Assembly: GCA_040954595.2 (NCBI GenBank)
Contig: CM082591.2
Span: 11,673,309 to 11,737,308, forward strand
Direction: 5' to 3'
DNA length: 64,000 nt
From: Balanoglossus misakiensis
Lineage: Eukaryota > Animalia > Hemichordata
Part shown: piece after piece, positions 24,913 through 38,288 of the stretch
Layout of the letters: each line of letters opens with the position of its first letter
How positions within the stretch are numbered: position 1 is the first letter of the stretch
Position numbers and translations under genes: made by a program
Notes under the pieces: generated by a model
What the model saw: only the letters and a program-made list of their open reading frames with translations
The model's database searches: none
Told to the model about the DNA's origin: nothing

Positions 24913-24990
24913 AAAAAAGTGGTACAACAATTGAGGAAAGAGCTTGGAGTGAAAAAAGATGAGAATGAATCACTTCAAATTTCCATACAG
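24913..24990 (+). CDS. PHF21A: PHF21 coding exon 4 (KKVVQQLRKELGVKKDENESLQISIQ)
   Basis: tttatttacag / gtaatg boundaries, 78 nt, similar to KRVVEQLRKNLIVK. Confidence 0.88.
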
Positions 24991-25691
24991 GTAATGTTGT
25001 ATTCTAAAGCTTATTGACAACCTCTTTCTCAAATATAGTTAAAAGTTTAGATTCTATCAAAAAGTTGAAGTTTATTCACCAAAAGGATGATATTATGTTA
25101 TGAGAAATGATGTAGAAATTGGACGTAGTATTAGTTCAAATGACTTAGTATTGTTCAAATGATGGTGCATTTTCAGGCTTAGCAGAGTAATTAATGTTTT
25201 GCAAGTTTGTAGTTGATGTTGTATGTTGAAAGTTTGCAGAATTAAGGTTTGGTAAACAGCTTGTGAGTCTTTGGCAGACCTTCTAATGGTATAATTAGCA
25301 TTGCAACATTTGGAATCTGTGCTTTCATTGTCTATGTGCAATCAGTGCATGGTAATTTTAACCAAGGTGGTATCCAGTTTGATTTCAAGCTTTTCATCAC
25401 ATTGAAATTAGTGATTGGCCAGCAGTTGTATACGATTAGTTAGCTCTTTCTAAAAATTTGTGAATCAAAAAATGTTTTATGGGCAATGATTTTTAGTTTT
25501 TGATACATTTTGAAAATTTAGCCATTTAAATAAATCTTGTTCCTCATAATATTAATAACATTGCTGAAAAGCAATTGTGAAGAAAATGGTCAACAGTGTT
25601 GCCACATGGTGATAGAAAATGGTGTCGAAACACTTCAAGAACTTGAACTTGTGCTGCGCCTAATTGCTTAATATTATATATTGTGTTTCAG

Positions 25692-25976
25692 AAAGCAAAC
25701 AGTGATTCAGTCAATGTAAGACCAACCATCATACCAACAGGTGCATCTGGAATTTTGCCTCCTTCAAGAAAATCTCCAATTGTATTGACTGTAGACAGAC
25801 CAAAAATGGTGCGAGATATTCCCAAACTTATTCCGTCCCCTTCAGGACAAGGACGGATGACCATCATACAGAGCAAAACCACAGCCAAACTCAGTAGTAT
25901 AAGTGCTCCATTGAAAGTGCCTCAGTTGAACAGAGTGTTAGGACAATCAAACAGACCGCCACCACTTATGAATCAG
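25692..25976 (+). CDS. PHF21A: PHF21 coding exon 5 (Pro/Ser-rich, ends RPPPLMNQ)
   Basis: gtgtttcag / gtaaac boundaries, 285 nt, phase 0-0, lies inside supplied ORF 25683..26003. Confidence 0.75.
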
Positions 25977-26149
25977 GTAAACCGTGCTCAGCAGATTCAT
26001 TAGCTGGAAATTGCAGATATGCTTAAAGCTGCCACAATAAAAGAACTTCAAATTTTCTCCCTATACTTTAGAATCACCACCACTAAGCCATAACTTGCAA
26101 TGCGTGTGTAAGTCAGTGGATTTGCACAAAGCTATAGGCCGGTCAGTTG

Positions 26150-27361
26150 ACAATGCCATGACTCTGGAGTCTGACAGACAGACAGCTGTCATGCGATCTG
26201 TTTCATGGCAAAGGAGGAAATCCCTGATCCAAAAATAACATCTATGCTAGAACTACAAAAGCTTAATGGTAATACTTCTCTCAACGCATGTAACCCATAC
26301 TCTCATTCAGTTTAGATCCATGAAATGCAGAGAGCAATGGCTGAACCCATGTATTGGGCTCCTCACAGATTAAACCGTCAACATCACGATTGATAAAAAA
26401 CTTATAATTTATCTGCGTGTAATGACAGACCTAAGACATTGTTTCATAAAAACGAGACAGTTCCCAATGGTAAAGCAGAAACGGTTACAAACACTCTGAT
26501 CGATACGCTTTGCGCCAATGATATAAACTTTCAGAAGGTAATCGGTTTTGGGTCGGATGGAGCCAGTGTCATGACAGGGCGACTGAATGGTACTGCGGTC
26601 CGTATGAAGAAACTTACCCCATTTATGACGTCGGTGCACTGCATGGCTCACCATGTTGCCCTTTCAGCCAGCAGTGCAACCAAGCAAGATAAAGGTGTTG
26701 TAGATGTGCGCGAATATTGCAGAGATGTAAACAACATCTATAATTTTACCACTATTCGGCGGCACGAATGAATCGTCTCCGCGAACTAAGTGAAGCACTT
26801 GATAGCAATGATTTCCGCTTGCTAAAAGAACCTTGTTCTGACCGCTGGTTGTCATTGTCACGAGCCGTAACCGCGATCAATAACAGTTGGAATATTCTCG
26901 CCCTAGAGTTGGAGGGGGAAGCTACATGTAGCCCCGGAAAAAATAATGCTACAGCGAAAGGGCTTGCAACACGCATATCATCGTTCATAATTGTGGCCAC
27001 AACCAAGCTCTTGAAGGATGTGTTGGCAATAACGGATCGATTAAATCTATTATTTCAACGGGTTAATATTGATCTCTCGTCTATAGCGCCGATGGTCTCA
27101 TCTATGGTAGTGAGTCTCGAGAATTTATTGGAGTCACCATACAGTGGAATGCACGAGGTCACGTTTATCGATCAATTTCACCACAAGAACCAAACGTATC
27201 AGGGCATAAAGCTTAGATACGCGGCCGACATCAATGAATATGCAAATTTCACAACCCTATTGTTTACGCAATCTTGTCACATTTTACGTGAACACAATAT
27301 TGAATGCCGCATGGTAGAAAGTGAATTCATGAAACTAATGCAAAAATTGGCAGCTCTTTAG
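26150..27361 (+). pseudogene. Decayed hAT-superfamily transposase (ZNF862/C17orf113-like)
   Basis: Motifs MAKEEIP (~26205), GFGSDGASVMTG...G, VHCMAH.. (CxxH) and RWLS, spread over frameshifted ORFs 26439..26771 and 26768..27361. Confidence 0.85.
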
Positions 27362-28280
27362 GCTTTAATAACATGTTCAACTCATTTTGTCTTGTCCTTG
27401 TTCACTGGTTGTACCAGCAGTTGCAAAATGTGAACTTTTCAGAAAATTTTGAATGATAGTGACCCTTTCAATAACAGCTTTATCCTCTTTCCTACAAGGG
27501 CTGTTACAGCACTTTGCCACGTAGTTAAAATGCATCATTGAGCATTTTTTTCCGACTATAATGGGGGAAACCTATTTGAACTGCACATCTTAGCATGGCT
27601 CATATACATAATTTGATGTACTTGAGCTCAGCTTGGTAGTTTGAACACCTTAAAAACGCACCAAACCTCAAAAGTTCGGCTTGGTGGTCATATCTGGCCT
27701 ACTGTGGCATACACACTTAGCAGGTTAATAAACCTGGGTGCTGGAATTTGACGGCATAAGATACTGCTGTCACAAACCAATCAGCAGGAGCCAGACTCAC
27801 AGATGCATTGTGGGATCTTGAGTTCTCTCTCCTCCAGTGAAGAAAACAATCAAACACAGCTGACTTAATATACGGAGTGTTTTGTTTAATCAAGACCTGA
27901 TTTTGTGTTTGACATGCATAATGACAAACTAACCATCAAACTTTACGTGTTGTCTTTAACTATTTTAAAAGTTGTCAGAATGTGATAAAATATGATTTAG
28001 ACAAAAACAATGTTTGTAAGTATTAATTTGAACTTTAATTAAAAGAAATAAGCAAGATTTTCATATAAGCATGAAATACAAATGTTTTTGTCAAAACATG
28101 TAGTGGCTGAGGTTTTCACTGGACTGTTATTTGTTGGAGATTTGTATACAAACACTTTTGATAGAAAATATAAACAGATTGTGTACTGGTACTACCTTAC
28201 CAAAGTTACAGGCAGTGAAGCTTAACAATTCATGTTTATACAAGTACATCTTTTTTCATCAATATCATCTTTTCTTGCAG

Positions 28281-28415
28281 AGTCAGAGAAGTACAAACTC
28301 ATATGTGAAGAGACCATCCACACCAAATAAACATACACAGAGGGAAAGTCCATCAGATCTGTCGAAACCGGAACATATTATCTCCAGAACAGCTGTAAAA
28401 CCAGGAGAAGGCAAA
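28281..28415 (+). CDS. PHF21A: PHF21 coding exon 6 (SQRSTNSYVKRPSTP...KPGEGK)
   Basis: ttttcttgcag / gttagt boundaries, 135 nt, phase 0-0, open frame; weakly conserved region. Confidence 0.68.
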
Positions 28416-29116
28416 GTTAGTCAGGCATGTTTGTGGGTTTGAATTTGTATTAAGTGCTAGCACTGCCATAATGTACAGTTCGCAGTGTCGAATCTAGGAT
28501 CAGAGAGTTGGAGGGCATTTTGGTGCATGGACTTCAATCTTCGGGGGGGGGGGGGGGGGGGGGATTCTTATGACAATCCCTTACATTCCATATTTATTAT
28601 TTTTGTCCTGACAACATGAAAGTTAGAAAGTGTGATTAAACTAGCAAAAATGATAAAAAGGTTGGGCAAAATGAAGTTTGCAGTGAATTCCTTTGAAGTT
28701 TTTGTTTACACACTGATACACTCCATGTAAACGGTGGACAGAAAGAAACAAAATGTGTGCAGTCTGATCGATGGTCTTTTGTTGAGTATTATTGTGATTT
28801 TAAATGATTTGTGAAATGTTTTTCAAAATTATCCAAGTTGAGCTGCTGATCTGAGTTTCATCTTTACATACAGTAAAACTCCAATTATCTGAACTCCAAT
28901 TATCCCCATTGTTTGGTTATCCGCACTGCTGTCATCAGTCTTCGGACTAAGCGCGCAAAGTGGGCGTGTCCATTATCACTCATTAAGTATTCAAAAAGGC
29001 TGATTACGTTGTCGAGTGTCCGGAAAATTTCGAGTCGGAAACAGAAATTACAAGTAGCAGTGTCTCCAACATGAAAAAAATCCAGCGAGCTGAGCTTTTA
29101 AAAAAGCTGACATTAA

Positions 29117-30836
29117 AGAGCATATCTTGCCTTTTTAAATCTTATCAGAAGGTTAAAAAATGTTCAAAAGAAATATACTATTTTCCAAAAGTGACAATAT
29201 TTTTCGGGTATCGATTTCTATAATATTTGTTTTGTTTTCATAAAATGCTTCAAAATCCACCCCGTCCTGAAAAGTCCGAGTTCAGATTTGCTGCATTTTG
29301 GTCACGTGACGTGACGTCACAAGAGGAACCGGTCAGGTAGACCAGCTTTAGCGATGCTCACAGGTGTCATACGGTGTTTTCGTGCTTTTCTGTGTAATAC
29401 CACAATGGGGAAAGGAGTTGTTTGCCGTGGTTGCAGCAACACATTACCTAGACGGGAGTCACCCGTGTGAGTTCCACAAAAACGAATGAAAGTCTATGCC
29501 ACGATCATCAACATCGTACGGTGGATATGAAGCCGGCGCGGCACCGGTGACGGCCGCGGCCGTAACTGTCAATGCATGACCGTTGAACCATGGTTGAACG
29601 ATAATCGGCCAGGTTCGAATCACGAGAAGACAATCCCCACCCATACAGGAAAATAGAAGCCTGTCAGCAGGAGAGGTCGACCAACAGATCGTTTATGCCC
29701 GGTATTGGTGTTCATACAATGTTCCAGCGACCGCGATTTACACAGTACTGTAGACAAGTAGTAGTAGGTGAACTGGCAGGATGCGTAAACACAATTTTGC
29801 GTTGGCCGACATCATGTTGAGATTGTTTATTATTATTCACGCTTCCGTCTGGCTAACCGGTACCCAGTGACCGCAAACTACGATAATTAAGGTTGACAGC
29901 AATCGATGTAAAAACTTGAACGTTCAAAATATTACCGTTACTATTTCACGTTTTTTTTCAGTCGTACCTTTGTATGGCTTCGGCTGAATGGTCGCCATCT
30001 TTCTTTTCTAATTTCTTTGTTTACAAGTTTTACGTCGCGCTATGTCCGACTCATCGGCTCCAAAACACACTGTACAAATTTTGAAACAAAATATGTTGAA
30101 TAAATTTTGCCTCGTGTGAGTGAAAACTGTTTCCAAACTTAGATATTCGTGTGTATCAATGAAAATGTTTCATGCTTTGTGAGCGTGAGTGGGTCGGCCT
30201 GGCATGATCGCCTGTTGCTGTTGGTTGTATGGTTTCATTTTGTTATAATGCAGTATGAAGCATGTCAAGGTACTTCCATGATTACAGCGACAAGTCATAA
30301 ATGTTTCTGTTTGTCATCACTCTAGACCTAAACCTCTGGGCAATATTCGACGGTTTAATCGAGGCAGCAATCATTGTATGTGTAAGCTTAAGGTGCCTAT
30401 ACACATCCGCTGCCATTGCATGTTGTGTACTGCTTGCAATGCGAAGCCGTAGCCTAACCGGGCCGAGTTTTTTTTTTCATAATCGCATCTCCCCTAGATG
30501 ATAAGGTAGACATATGTACGTTTATTTTGAAGGGGACGGGGGATACAGAGTTGTACCCAGGCTGACACAGCAAAGCCGTTTAGATCACAGGCATGTATGG
30601 TTGCAATTCAACCACTGCAATGTACAGTGCTAAGTCTGTTGCAAACGTAAATGGTTCCTCTTGTGACGTCACGGAAATGGGCGTGGCCAAAACAGAACTT
30701 TTTTCTCAGGCCCTGAACATTTTTAAATTTAACATTTATTTATCCACATGAAATAAGTAAAAGGACACCAGCATTTAACACACAAGCCCAATTATTATTT
30801 ATCCTCAAAAGTGTGTTTCGAGGTAAGATAGGCTCT
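29117..30836 (+). mobile_element. Kolobok-like element, copy 2 (1720 bp)
   Basis: Same TIRs and TTAA flanks as copy 1; lacks the ~235-bp segment at ~19298-19533 of copy 1. Confidence 0.8.
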
Positions 30837-32157
30837 TTAAGTGCCTTACTCGCCAAAAACCGACATGAAATTTTTCCAAAAATTAACTCAAACATCAACA
30901 CTTGAATTTACCAGCCCTGCACTGCAAATTGCATGGCGATACCTATGGAAAAATTTGATAGATCGTGGTTGCTCAAAATGGTTTTGGTGCAATATTTAAA
31001 CAGATGCAGATAGTGTTACTATTTCTATGGCGCCATGGTAACGTAAACAACATGCGTCAATCTCCCGCCAAGAAAGGCAAAGCTTCACACTGTTGCTCAA
31101 AGTTTATTCGTTACATCTAAATTTGTCGAAATATCTGAATATTTATATGTAAGGGCATGTCAGTAATGCTTATGTCTACCCACCCATTGATCAATGAATT
31201 GATGCTGTCATCAGGTTTGAACATTATGAAATTGAAAGGGGTGTTGATATCCTTGTAAGAGACTGAGCCATGTGATTAGGATACACACATGGGCTTGAGT
31301 GGGGTAATTCAGCATGTAATCGCGGTTCTTGCAGAAGTCAGAGCAAGAAAATATGCGTTTTTGTTCCAGATGCGTCTCTTTTTTCGCTGTTGGAGTCTTA
31401 TTTTGGCTGATTGTGGGATACATGACTGCAAGCACTTCCCTTGAAATTGGTGTTAAATTCACAAAACCGTTGAAAAACAACATGGTGCATGCATCCACAC
31501 AAGGTATCTGTGTTCGATCGGTGTGATTACGAAATGAAAACATGTATCGTAAGTATTTTGGGCACTGCGGACGGTCGTATCTGATAAATTCTTGATTGAA
31601 GTCCCAGAAACATTCATAACCAAAATATCAACAAACTACGTTTTACGCCTCACTTCATGTGACTGCATATTTTTTTAGAGGCTTGACACTAGCTAAAATA
31701 CGGTCGTATGATAACAATAAAGTATCTATGTCCCCAGAAATTTGAGTTTGAATAGTTTTCACTCTTTGGATGAAAAGGCACAAAAAATCAAACAAATCAC
31801 TACATTTTCACCCAAAAACAGTGTGCCAGGTAGAACACTGAAATACATGTAAAATTTACAGAGCCAACATGCAAATCCTAACTTGGTCGGCAAGTCACCA
31901 CAATCGAACAAAACAGTAAACGGCCTGCTTTAATGTCACTGTCATATCGGAACAGCAAACGTTACCGATGGCCCCCATGTCACTTACCCAAGCTGTGAAA
32001 ATTCTATTCAGCAGAGAGTATAAATTTGGACGATTTTATCCAAATGTTCATTCAGAACTCTAACACTGATTGAACATCACTATGAACTTCCCTTCACGTC
32101 GTTTTTTTATCGTCTAACATCGCTACGAACTTTTCATCGGACAAGTTTCAACTGTAC

Positions 32158-33020
32158 AGATAGATAGATAATAGTTTATTAAAGTGACACAGTTTCATGT
32201 TACAAAGTAAAAGAAAGTTACACAATTCAAACTTGCATGAAACTCCAGCCGAGTACTTCATGAGTCACTATAGCATACCCAACTGGGCACCACAATGCGG
32301 GTGTCAACAAAGAAGAAGTTTATACAGAAAAAGAAAAGAAAATCAATCAACGGAAATAATATTTCTTCTCCTTGTAAACATATCATAAAGCAATTTAGAA
32401 AATACCTTAACATGTTTATCAGAAAACCAGTTCAACAATCTCTCGCGAAGCGGCACGTCTTTTGGAGTGTCTGGAAATTGTTTTCTAATGTCATCATAAA
32501 GACTACAATTAAAGATGAAGTGAAGCTCGTCTTCCACAGTGTTACCGTTACAAAATAAACATTTTCTCTCTTCGACAACCAAATTAGAGTATCTGCCAGT
32601 TTCAATTCTAAGAGGTAATGTTCCATTTATACGCAATCTCACAGTCACTGAGCGATATTTATACTGGCAGTTCAATAATACATAAGGTTCAGTAGCATAT
32701 TCGTGGTTCAATAACTTAGGTTTACTTAAACAATTACATCTCCAATTTACCAATACCCCTGATTTTAAGTTCTGTTTGGCAATATTCAGTATGTTGTTAA
32801 CAGTAACGGTCTGAGAGTTTTGTAATTCGAAGATGACCAAGAGGCTGGCCTCCTTGAAAACCAACTTTGTACGCTTGTTCCAGCTGTAGTCATTTAAAAA
32901 CACACGTTTGGTCAACCTAGAATCTGGTAATCCTTGTAGTCTGACCCACAACCGTATGACCTCTATTTTATGTCGATAATCACTTGGCACCCAGCCCATG
33001 TCATCATATACATGTACGGG
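32158..33020 (-). mobile_element. 5'-truncated LINE 3' end (RTE-X-like C-terminal Zn-binding region)
   Basis: ORF 32343..33179 contains DMGW, RLTKRVF and LPLRIETGRY...RKCLFC...VEDELHFIFNCSLY; (atct)n tail at 32158-32170. Confidence 0.75.
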
Positions 33021-34083
33021 ACAAGGGAAGAAAGCCAGCTCACTCGTTGTACGTGTGTAATTCACGACGCTTGTTTCACATGAATATTCATATATTTTGG
33101 TGGGCATGTACTTGCATAAATAAGCGTCTTTGTCTCTACGGGTAACCAGCTGATCGAGTATGGAGCAATTTTCTTTCACACAGCAAAATACATCACCTAT
33201 CTATCTTGTAAAAAAAGAAAAACAGCGCTCCCGTGAAAAGAATTTGAAAGTGATGTTTTCCCTCATCAGTGGGTATTAAAACTGAATATTGTTTATATCT
33301 TTTAAGTATTTGTATTCTGTGTTGGCAGACATTGTAAACCAAGAAGAGAAGGGGGTGGGTAAGAAAATTTTATAAAATACAGAGCCCAAAGCTGCATTTT
33401 AATGAACCCAAAAGCAAATTAACTCAACTACCGGTATGTTGGGGAGGTCAAATTTAACCTTTGCCTCTCAAAGTTAGCATTGGGGGGGGGGGGGGGGGGG
33501 GAGGGGGGGGGGGCAAGTCCCCTGACCTGGGACACCAGATAAACCAGTCAATGATTGAAAGGTGTTGATGAATGACGGGGGTGGGTGTGTATTATGAAGG
33601 GTTCAAAACTGCATTTTTGTGGACTCAAAATAAATATTTAGTCCTCAAAATTTTCAAGTCCCCCCCCTTTCAGTCCCTAATTTTTTTCAAATCTCCCCTT
33701 ACATACCCTCAATTTTTTCAAATACCCCACCCCTCCAGAGGTGTTTGTGAGTGCAGCCTAACTAAGTGTTGTTTGCTCATTAGCAATTACAAATGAACAT
33801 CTTGTCACAGGCTTCACAAGGTTCACATTGTACATGTGCTGATGTAAAAATAATCTTCCAAATGTAGACTTCATGGATTTGACGCAGAAAGTGATACCCA
33901 GAGCTGACTCATGTGTATTTGTTTGTACCTCTATCATGTGACTTTTCCGTGGAACTTTTCTATGTTTTGCTTGCCACATTTTATTTTGGAGTAGGCATAT
34001 TAGCTATGCATATAAACTCCTCATTGTTTATATAAAATAAAAAAATTGATCAGGACATTGTCATTTCTCCTTGCACCTTGCAG

Positions 34084-34218
34084 AAAGTTGAGTTCATGGC
34101 ATCTTTGGGACTAATCACGCCTCAGGCTTTAGAAGAAATCCGAAGTAAACGAACGGAAAGGAAGCGCAGAAGTACTGCAAATCCACAGTTTAGTAACTAT
34201 GGTCAATATGAACCTGAT
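34084..34218 (+). CDS. PHF21A: PHF21 coding exon 7 ([45 protein letters not shown])
   Basis: ccttgcag / gtaagt boundaries; conserved PHF21 motif FM.SLGL.T...LEEI.SKR.ERKRR.TANP. Confidence 0.95.
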
Positions 34219-34348
34219 GTAAGTATACACTGAGATAGCTACATATTCTATTGACGTCCGATTTATTTACTTTGCAAAATGGCTGTCACATTTGTCATGT
34301 CATCTGTTGAAAATCACTTGCATTGATACCAGCTACTCAAAAGAAAGC

Positions 34349-34856
34349 ATAATAATAACAATAATAATAATTATTTATTTCTTATAGAGCGCATTACATA
34401 AAAAAACAATCTCAATGCACTTTACACAACACTAAAAATGGAAAAGGTAAAAAATTAAAAAAGAAATGATAAAAATTGCGAAAAATGCCTAAAAACTCAC
34501 AGAGACAGAATCATAAAACATGTCTAGGAATAAAATGATCTAAAAAGAAGTTTTTAACTGGCTTCTGAAATTTCTGTAAGAATTGGCTAGCCTTATCTGA
34601 GAAGGTAAAGCATTCCACAAATGGGGAGCACATACGGAAAAGCACGATTGCCATAAAAAGCCGTGTTGCAGACAGGCTGATGTAAAATGATTGCACCACT
34701 AGACTGGGACCTAGGTGTGCGACCTGTATGACGAACTGTAAGCCATTCTGCTAGATACTCATGGGCTTGGCTTGTAATGATACTGTAAGTGAAGGAAAGA
34801 ATTTTAAACTCAATACGTTTCTGGACTGGGAACCAAGTGTAAACCTTAGGCATCAA
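34349..34856 (-). mobile_element. Degenerate L2/Crack-like LINE 3' fragment
   Basis: WFPVQKRIEFKIL...YGNRAF remnant and a (tta)n tail at ~34349-34380. Confidence 0.75.
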
Positions 34857-34962
34857 TATCTGGATGCATAGTGACTAATGTATAATTGTATTTTGTTAGC
34901 GAATCTGTCATCTGTCCTTGTTGAACCACACAAGAGGTTCAAAAGCATATGAAGTGACTACT

Positions 34963-36376
34963 CAGCCAGAACGCAACACCCTCATTAGCATATTATCGCC
35001 TATCCAGATCAGGACCGTTACATTTTGAATGGCCGCTCACAGACCGTTTTTTGAGGCATTTTCAATTTGCCGTAACTTTTGCTAGAGTGCATTATTTTAA
35101 ATCATGTAAAAGCGAAAACCTCTCCTGACATGTCTTCTTTCGTGCCATCCAAATGGATTTTAGAATTATTTACTGAAATATTGATATTATGGCGATTTTC
35201 CGAAGGTTACTTTAGTGGTCGAATATATGGTCCAGTTTTTCGCTTCCAGTATCCATAATATGCCCCGGAAAGTTTACAGATTTCAGGGTTATGTGGGTTT
35301 TTGTACACTTAACATGACCGCGTAAAGAAATTTGGTAAAGATGCAAGTGTAACGGTCAGTTCAAGAATTTTTGCTAAAAAACGGGTGATTTTACCCGGAA
35401 GTCGTCACATGACCTACGTGACCCGAGGTTTCCCGGCCGCTGATGTAAACACTAGTAAATACGCAATTATCCCAGTCGCTGTTTGCAGTCTCTGTTTAAC
35501 GCGATTGTGGAGTTGAAAGAACCGGACTGATTTTTTACAAACGTTTGTGTTGTCGCTCAATAATGTTTTTCTTTTTGTGAAGCACCACATTCGACGAAAT
35601 CTGTATTTTATTCTTCCAAAAGCTGTGGTGTGGAGGCATCGCAGGGTTACGCCCCGCCGTAAGCACACAACCCTGCAATTCATACACGCAGCCGCCAGTG
35701 CTAACGTAGTTTAGGCAGATCTCGATGATCATCGATAATTTTCAATAATAAAAGGTAGTCTAAATAGCCGATATACAATGAACTCATTTCCAACATGTGC
35801 CTTTATCAACACTACATGTACATGTGGGACGTAAACAATATACACACATTCTGCACTGAACGCTCGACAATGGCCTGATGGGTTACGCTGTAAACTCCCG
35901 CCATTTCCCACTGAAAATGATCTCGTCACAGCAAAAAGTAAACAAATTAAAACCGTTATAACTTCGTTAATATGCCCCGGAAAGTATACAAACTTCACAG
36001 TAAGAAGGACCAATGCCTATATTTTATAAATATGTCATTGGATTTGTACAACAAGTTGGTGTAACAGTCCGTTCAAGAATTTAGCGAGGCATGTTTCCAA
36101 AACGTGAATTTTCATTACTCTGTACTTTTCGTTATTTCTCTGAAACTACTGCATTAATCATCAAAAATACTCCTTGAGATATAGTTCGATATATGTACTA
36201 TCAAATAAATCCAACAAAAATACTCAGAATGATCGCCATTAATAGCGGTTGATGACCAAAGTTGGGGAAAAAATGACCCAATTCAGACACCCTTTTCGGG
36301 GCTCAGTGTAACGGTCTCGTTTTTCGAATCAGATTCCGCATTTGCATATGTTAATGAAGGCGTTGCGTTCTAGCTG
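34963..36376. mobile_element. 1414-bp TIR element with a 4-bp TSD (Academ-like by termini)
   Basis: ~31-bp imperfect TIR (cagccagaacgcaacaccctcattagcatat vs cagctagaacgcaacgccttcattaacatat); tact duplicated on both sides. Confidence 0.75.
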
Positions 36377-36569
36377 TACTATTTGAATATATTTGAAGTG
36401 TGCAACTACGTTACAGGGCTTCACATCAGCACCCTAAATTTACTTGCCCAGATGTCATTCCCCTTGATACATAGTATGAATTGACTTATGACATTTCAAT
36501 GAACAAAACAACATACAAAACCTATCAAAAGAAGGTGAAATGACCAAAGTACTGCAATATAGTTAAAAG

Positions 36570-38288
36570 GAATGGTTCCACACATTACTCAGTTGATCAA
36601 CGCATCTCTACAACAAGGTGTGTTTGTGAAAGAGTGGAAGTACGCAGTGGTCAGGCCGTTGCTTAAGAAGACTGGACTAGATTTGATTTCATCAAACTAT
36701 AGGCCGGTCAGCAATTTGGCATTTCTGTCTAAGGTGTTAGAAAAAATAGCGTTACAACAATTTAACGAACACTGTAAACGGTGTCAACTCTTTCCAGAAT
36801 ACCAGTCAGCTTATAGAGTGAATTTCAGTTGTGAAACTGCCTTGCTCAAGTTAACTGACGATATTTTGTGGGGAATGGAGGAACAAAAAATCACAGCTCT
36901 TGCCGCGATCGATTTAAGCGCGGCCTTCGATACAGTGGATCACGAAGTATTGTTAAATGTTTGAAAGCAACTGTATGGTATCGACGGACATGTATTGGAA
37001 TGGTTTTCATCTTATCTGAGACCTAGAGGTTTCAAGGTATGTGTAGGAAATGCCTACTCTGACATTAGGAACATAGACTTCTCCGTACCACAAGGCAGTT
37101 GTGTGGGGCCAACATTATACAGTGTGTATGCGAGTACTCTGAGAAATGTGATACCAACATCAATTGACATACATGGATATGCAGATGACCATGCCTTGAA
37201 ACGTCTATTTCCAGCTAAGTCTAGGAGTCTGGAATTTGTAACAATGAACGATCTCGAGGACTGTTTAAAGGAGGTTAAAATCTGGATGGATGAAAATCGG
37301 TTGAAGATGAATGACAGTAAAACAGAATTCATATGTTTTGGGTCAAGAGTACATCTGCAGAAGGTTGTGTCGAAGACGTTAACGGTCAATGAATGTGACA
37401 TCGAACGGACGCCGGTGATAAAATACCTTGGCTTTGATCTCGACGAACATCTGTCGATGAGGAAGAACATCTCGAGGAAGTGCGCAATTGCAGCAGGAAA
37501 TATACAAAGATTGAAGCTAATTAAACAATACTTGAATCTTGATGCAAGGAAAATCATAGCATCAGGCATGATTCTTTCACATTTGGACTATGCTAACTCT
37601 CTTTATGCAGGACTTCCGGAATGTGACATAAAGAAACTACAGCGGATTCAAAACATGGCAGCTAAGACAATTCTGGACAAAAGTAAATATGACAGTGCCA
37701 CCGAATGCTTGAAAATTCTACATTGGCTACCTGTGCATCTCAGAATCGATTATAAAATATGTTGTTTAATGTTTAAATGCAATCGTAATGAAGCACCAGA
37801 GTACTTAATATCTATGTTAACTCCATCTGCAGTCAGGCGTGTAGGACTTCGGTCAAGTTGTAATTCTGAAAGTTCATACAAGATTCCAAGAACATTTCGT
37901 AAAACCTTCGCAGATAGGGCATTCAGTGTTCAGGGCCCTAAAAGGTGGAATGGATTACCAATAGGATTGAGAAAAGCAGAATCATACAAACAGTTCAAGG
38001 CAGACCTAAAAACTTACCTTTTTGGTAAATTCTAGGTGTCTGTTTCCATTTGTAGCAGCAAGTAAATGAACACCGTTTGGGTCTATTTCACGCTGAACTG
38101 TTAGCACTTTGTAGTATGGACACTATTTGTATATTTTCATTTGAGGTTATACGTATTTTTCTCTTCTTTCTGGTAACATGTTCTCATTTTCTTACTATGT
38201 ATTTATTGTAAAGCGGATTGGATAATGGTTTTCGTTGACACTTCGCTATATAAATTAACTAATTCTAATTCTTATTCTAATTCTAATA
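36570..38288 (+). mobile_element. 5'-truncated L2/Crack/Daphne-type LINE with reverse transcriptase
   Basis: NYRPVSNL, QSAYR, DLSAAFDTVDH, VPQGS, YADD, KYLG and HWLPV motifs. ORFs 36572..36964 and 36995..38035 are in the same frame, split by one TGA. (ttctaa)n tail; candidate TSD ttaaaag. Confidence 0.92.

Noticed and set aside
25977-27361. PHF21-hAT transposase fusion or domesticated ZNF862-like gene
   Set aside because: Exon 5 read-through stops at 26003, and the transposase is fragmented by frameshifts and stops with no convincing in-frame splice.
36962-36964. In-frame TGA as selenocysteine or programmed read-through
   Set aside because: It falls at a position normally Leu in a 5'-truncated LINE; a single point mutation explains it, and no SECIS was recognised.
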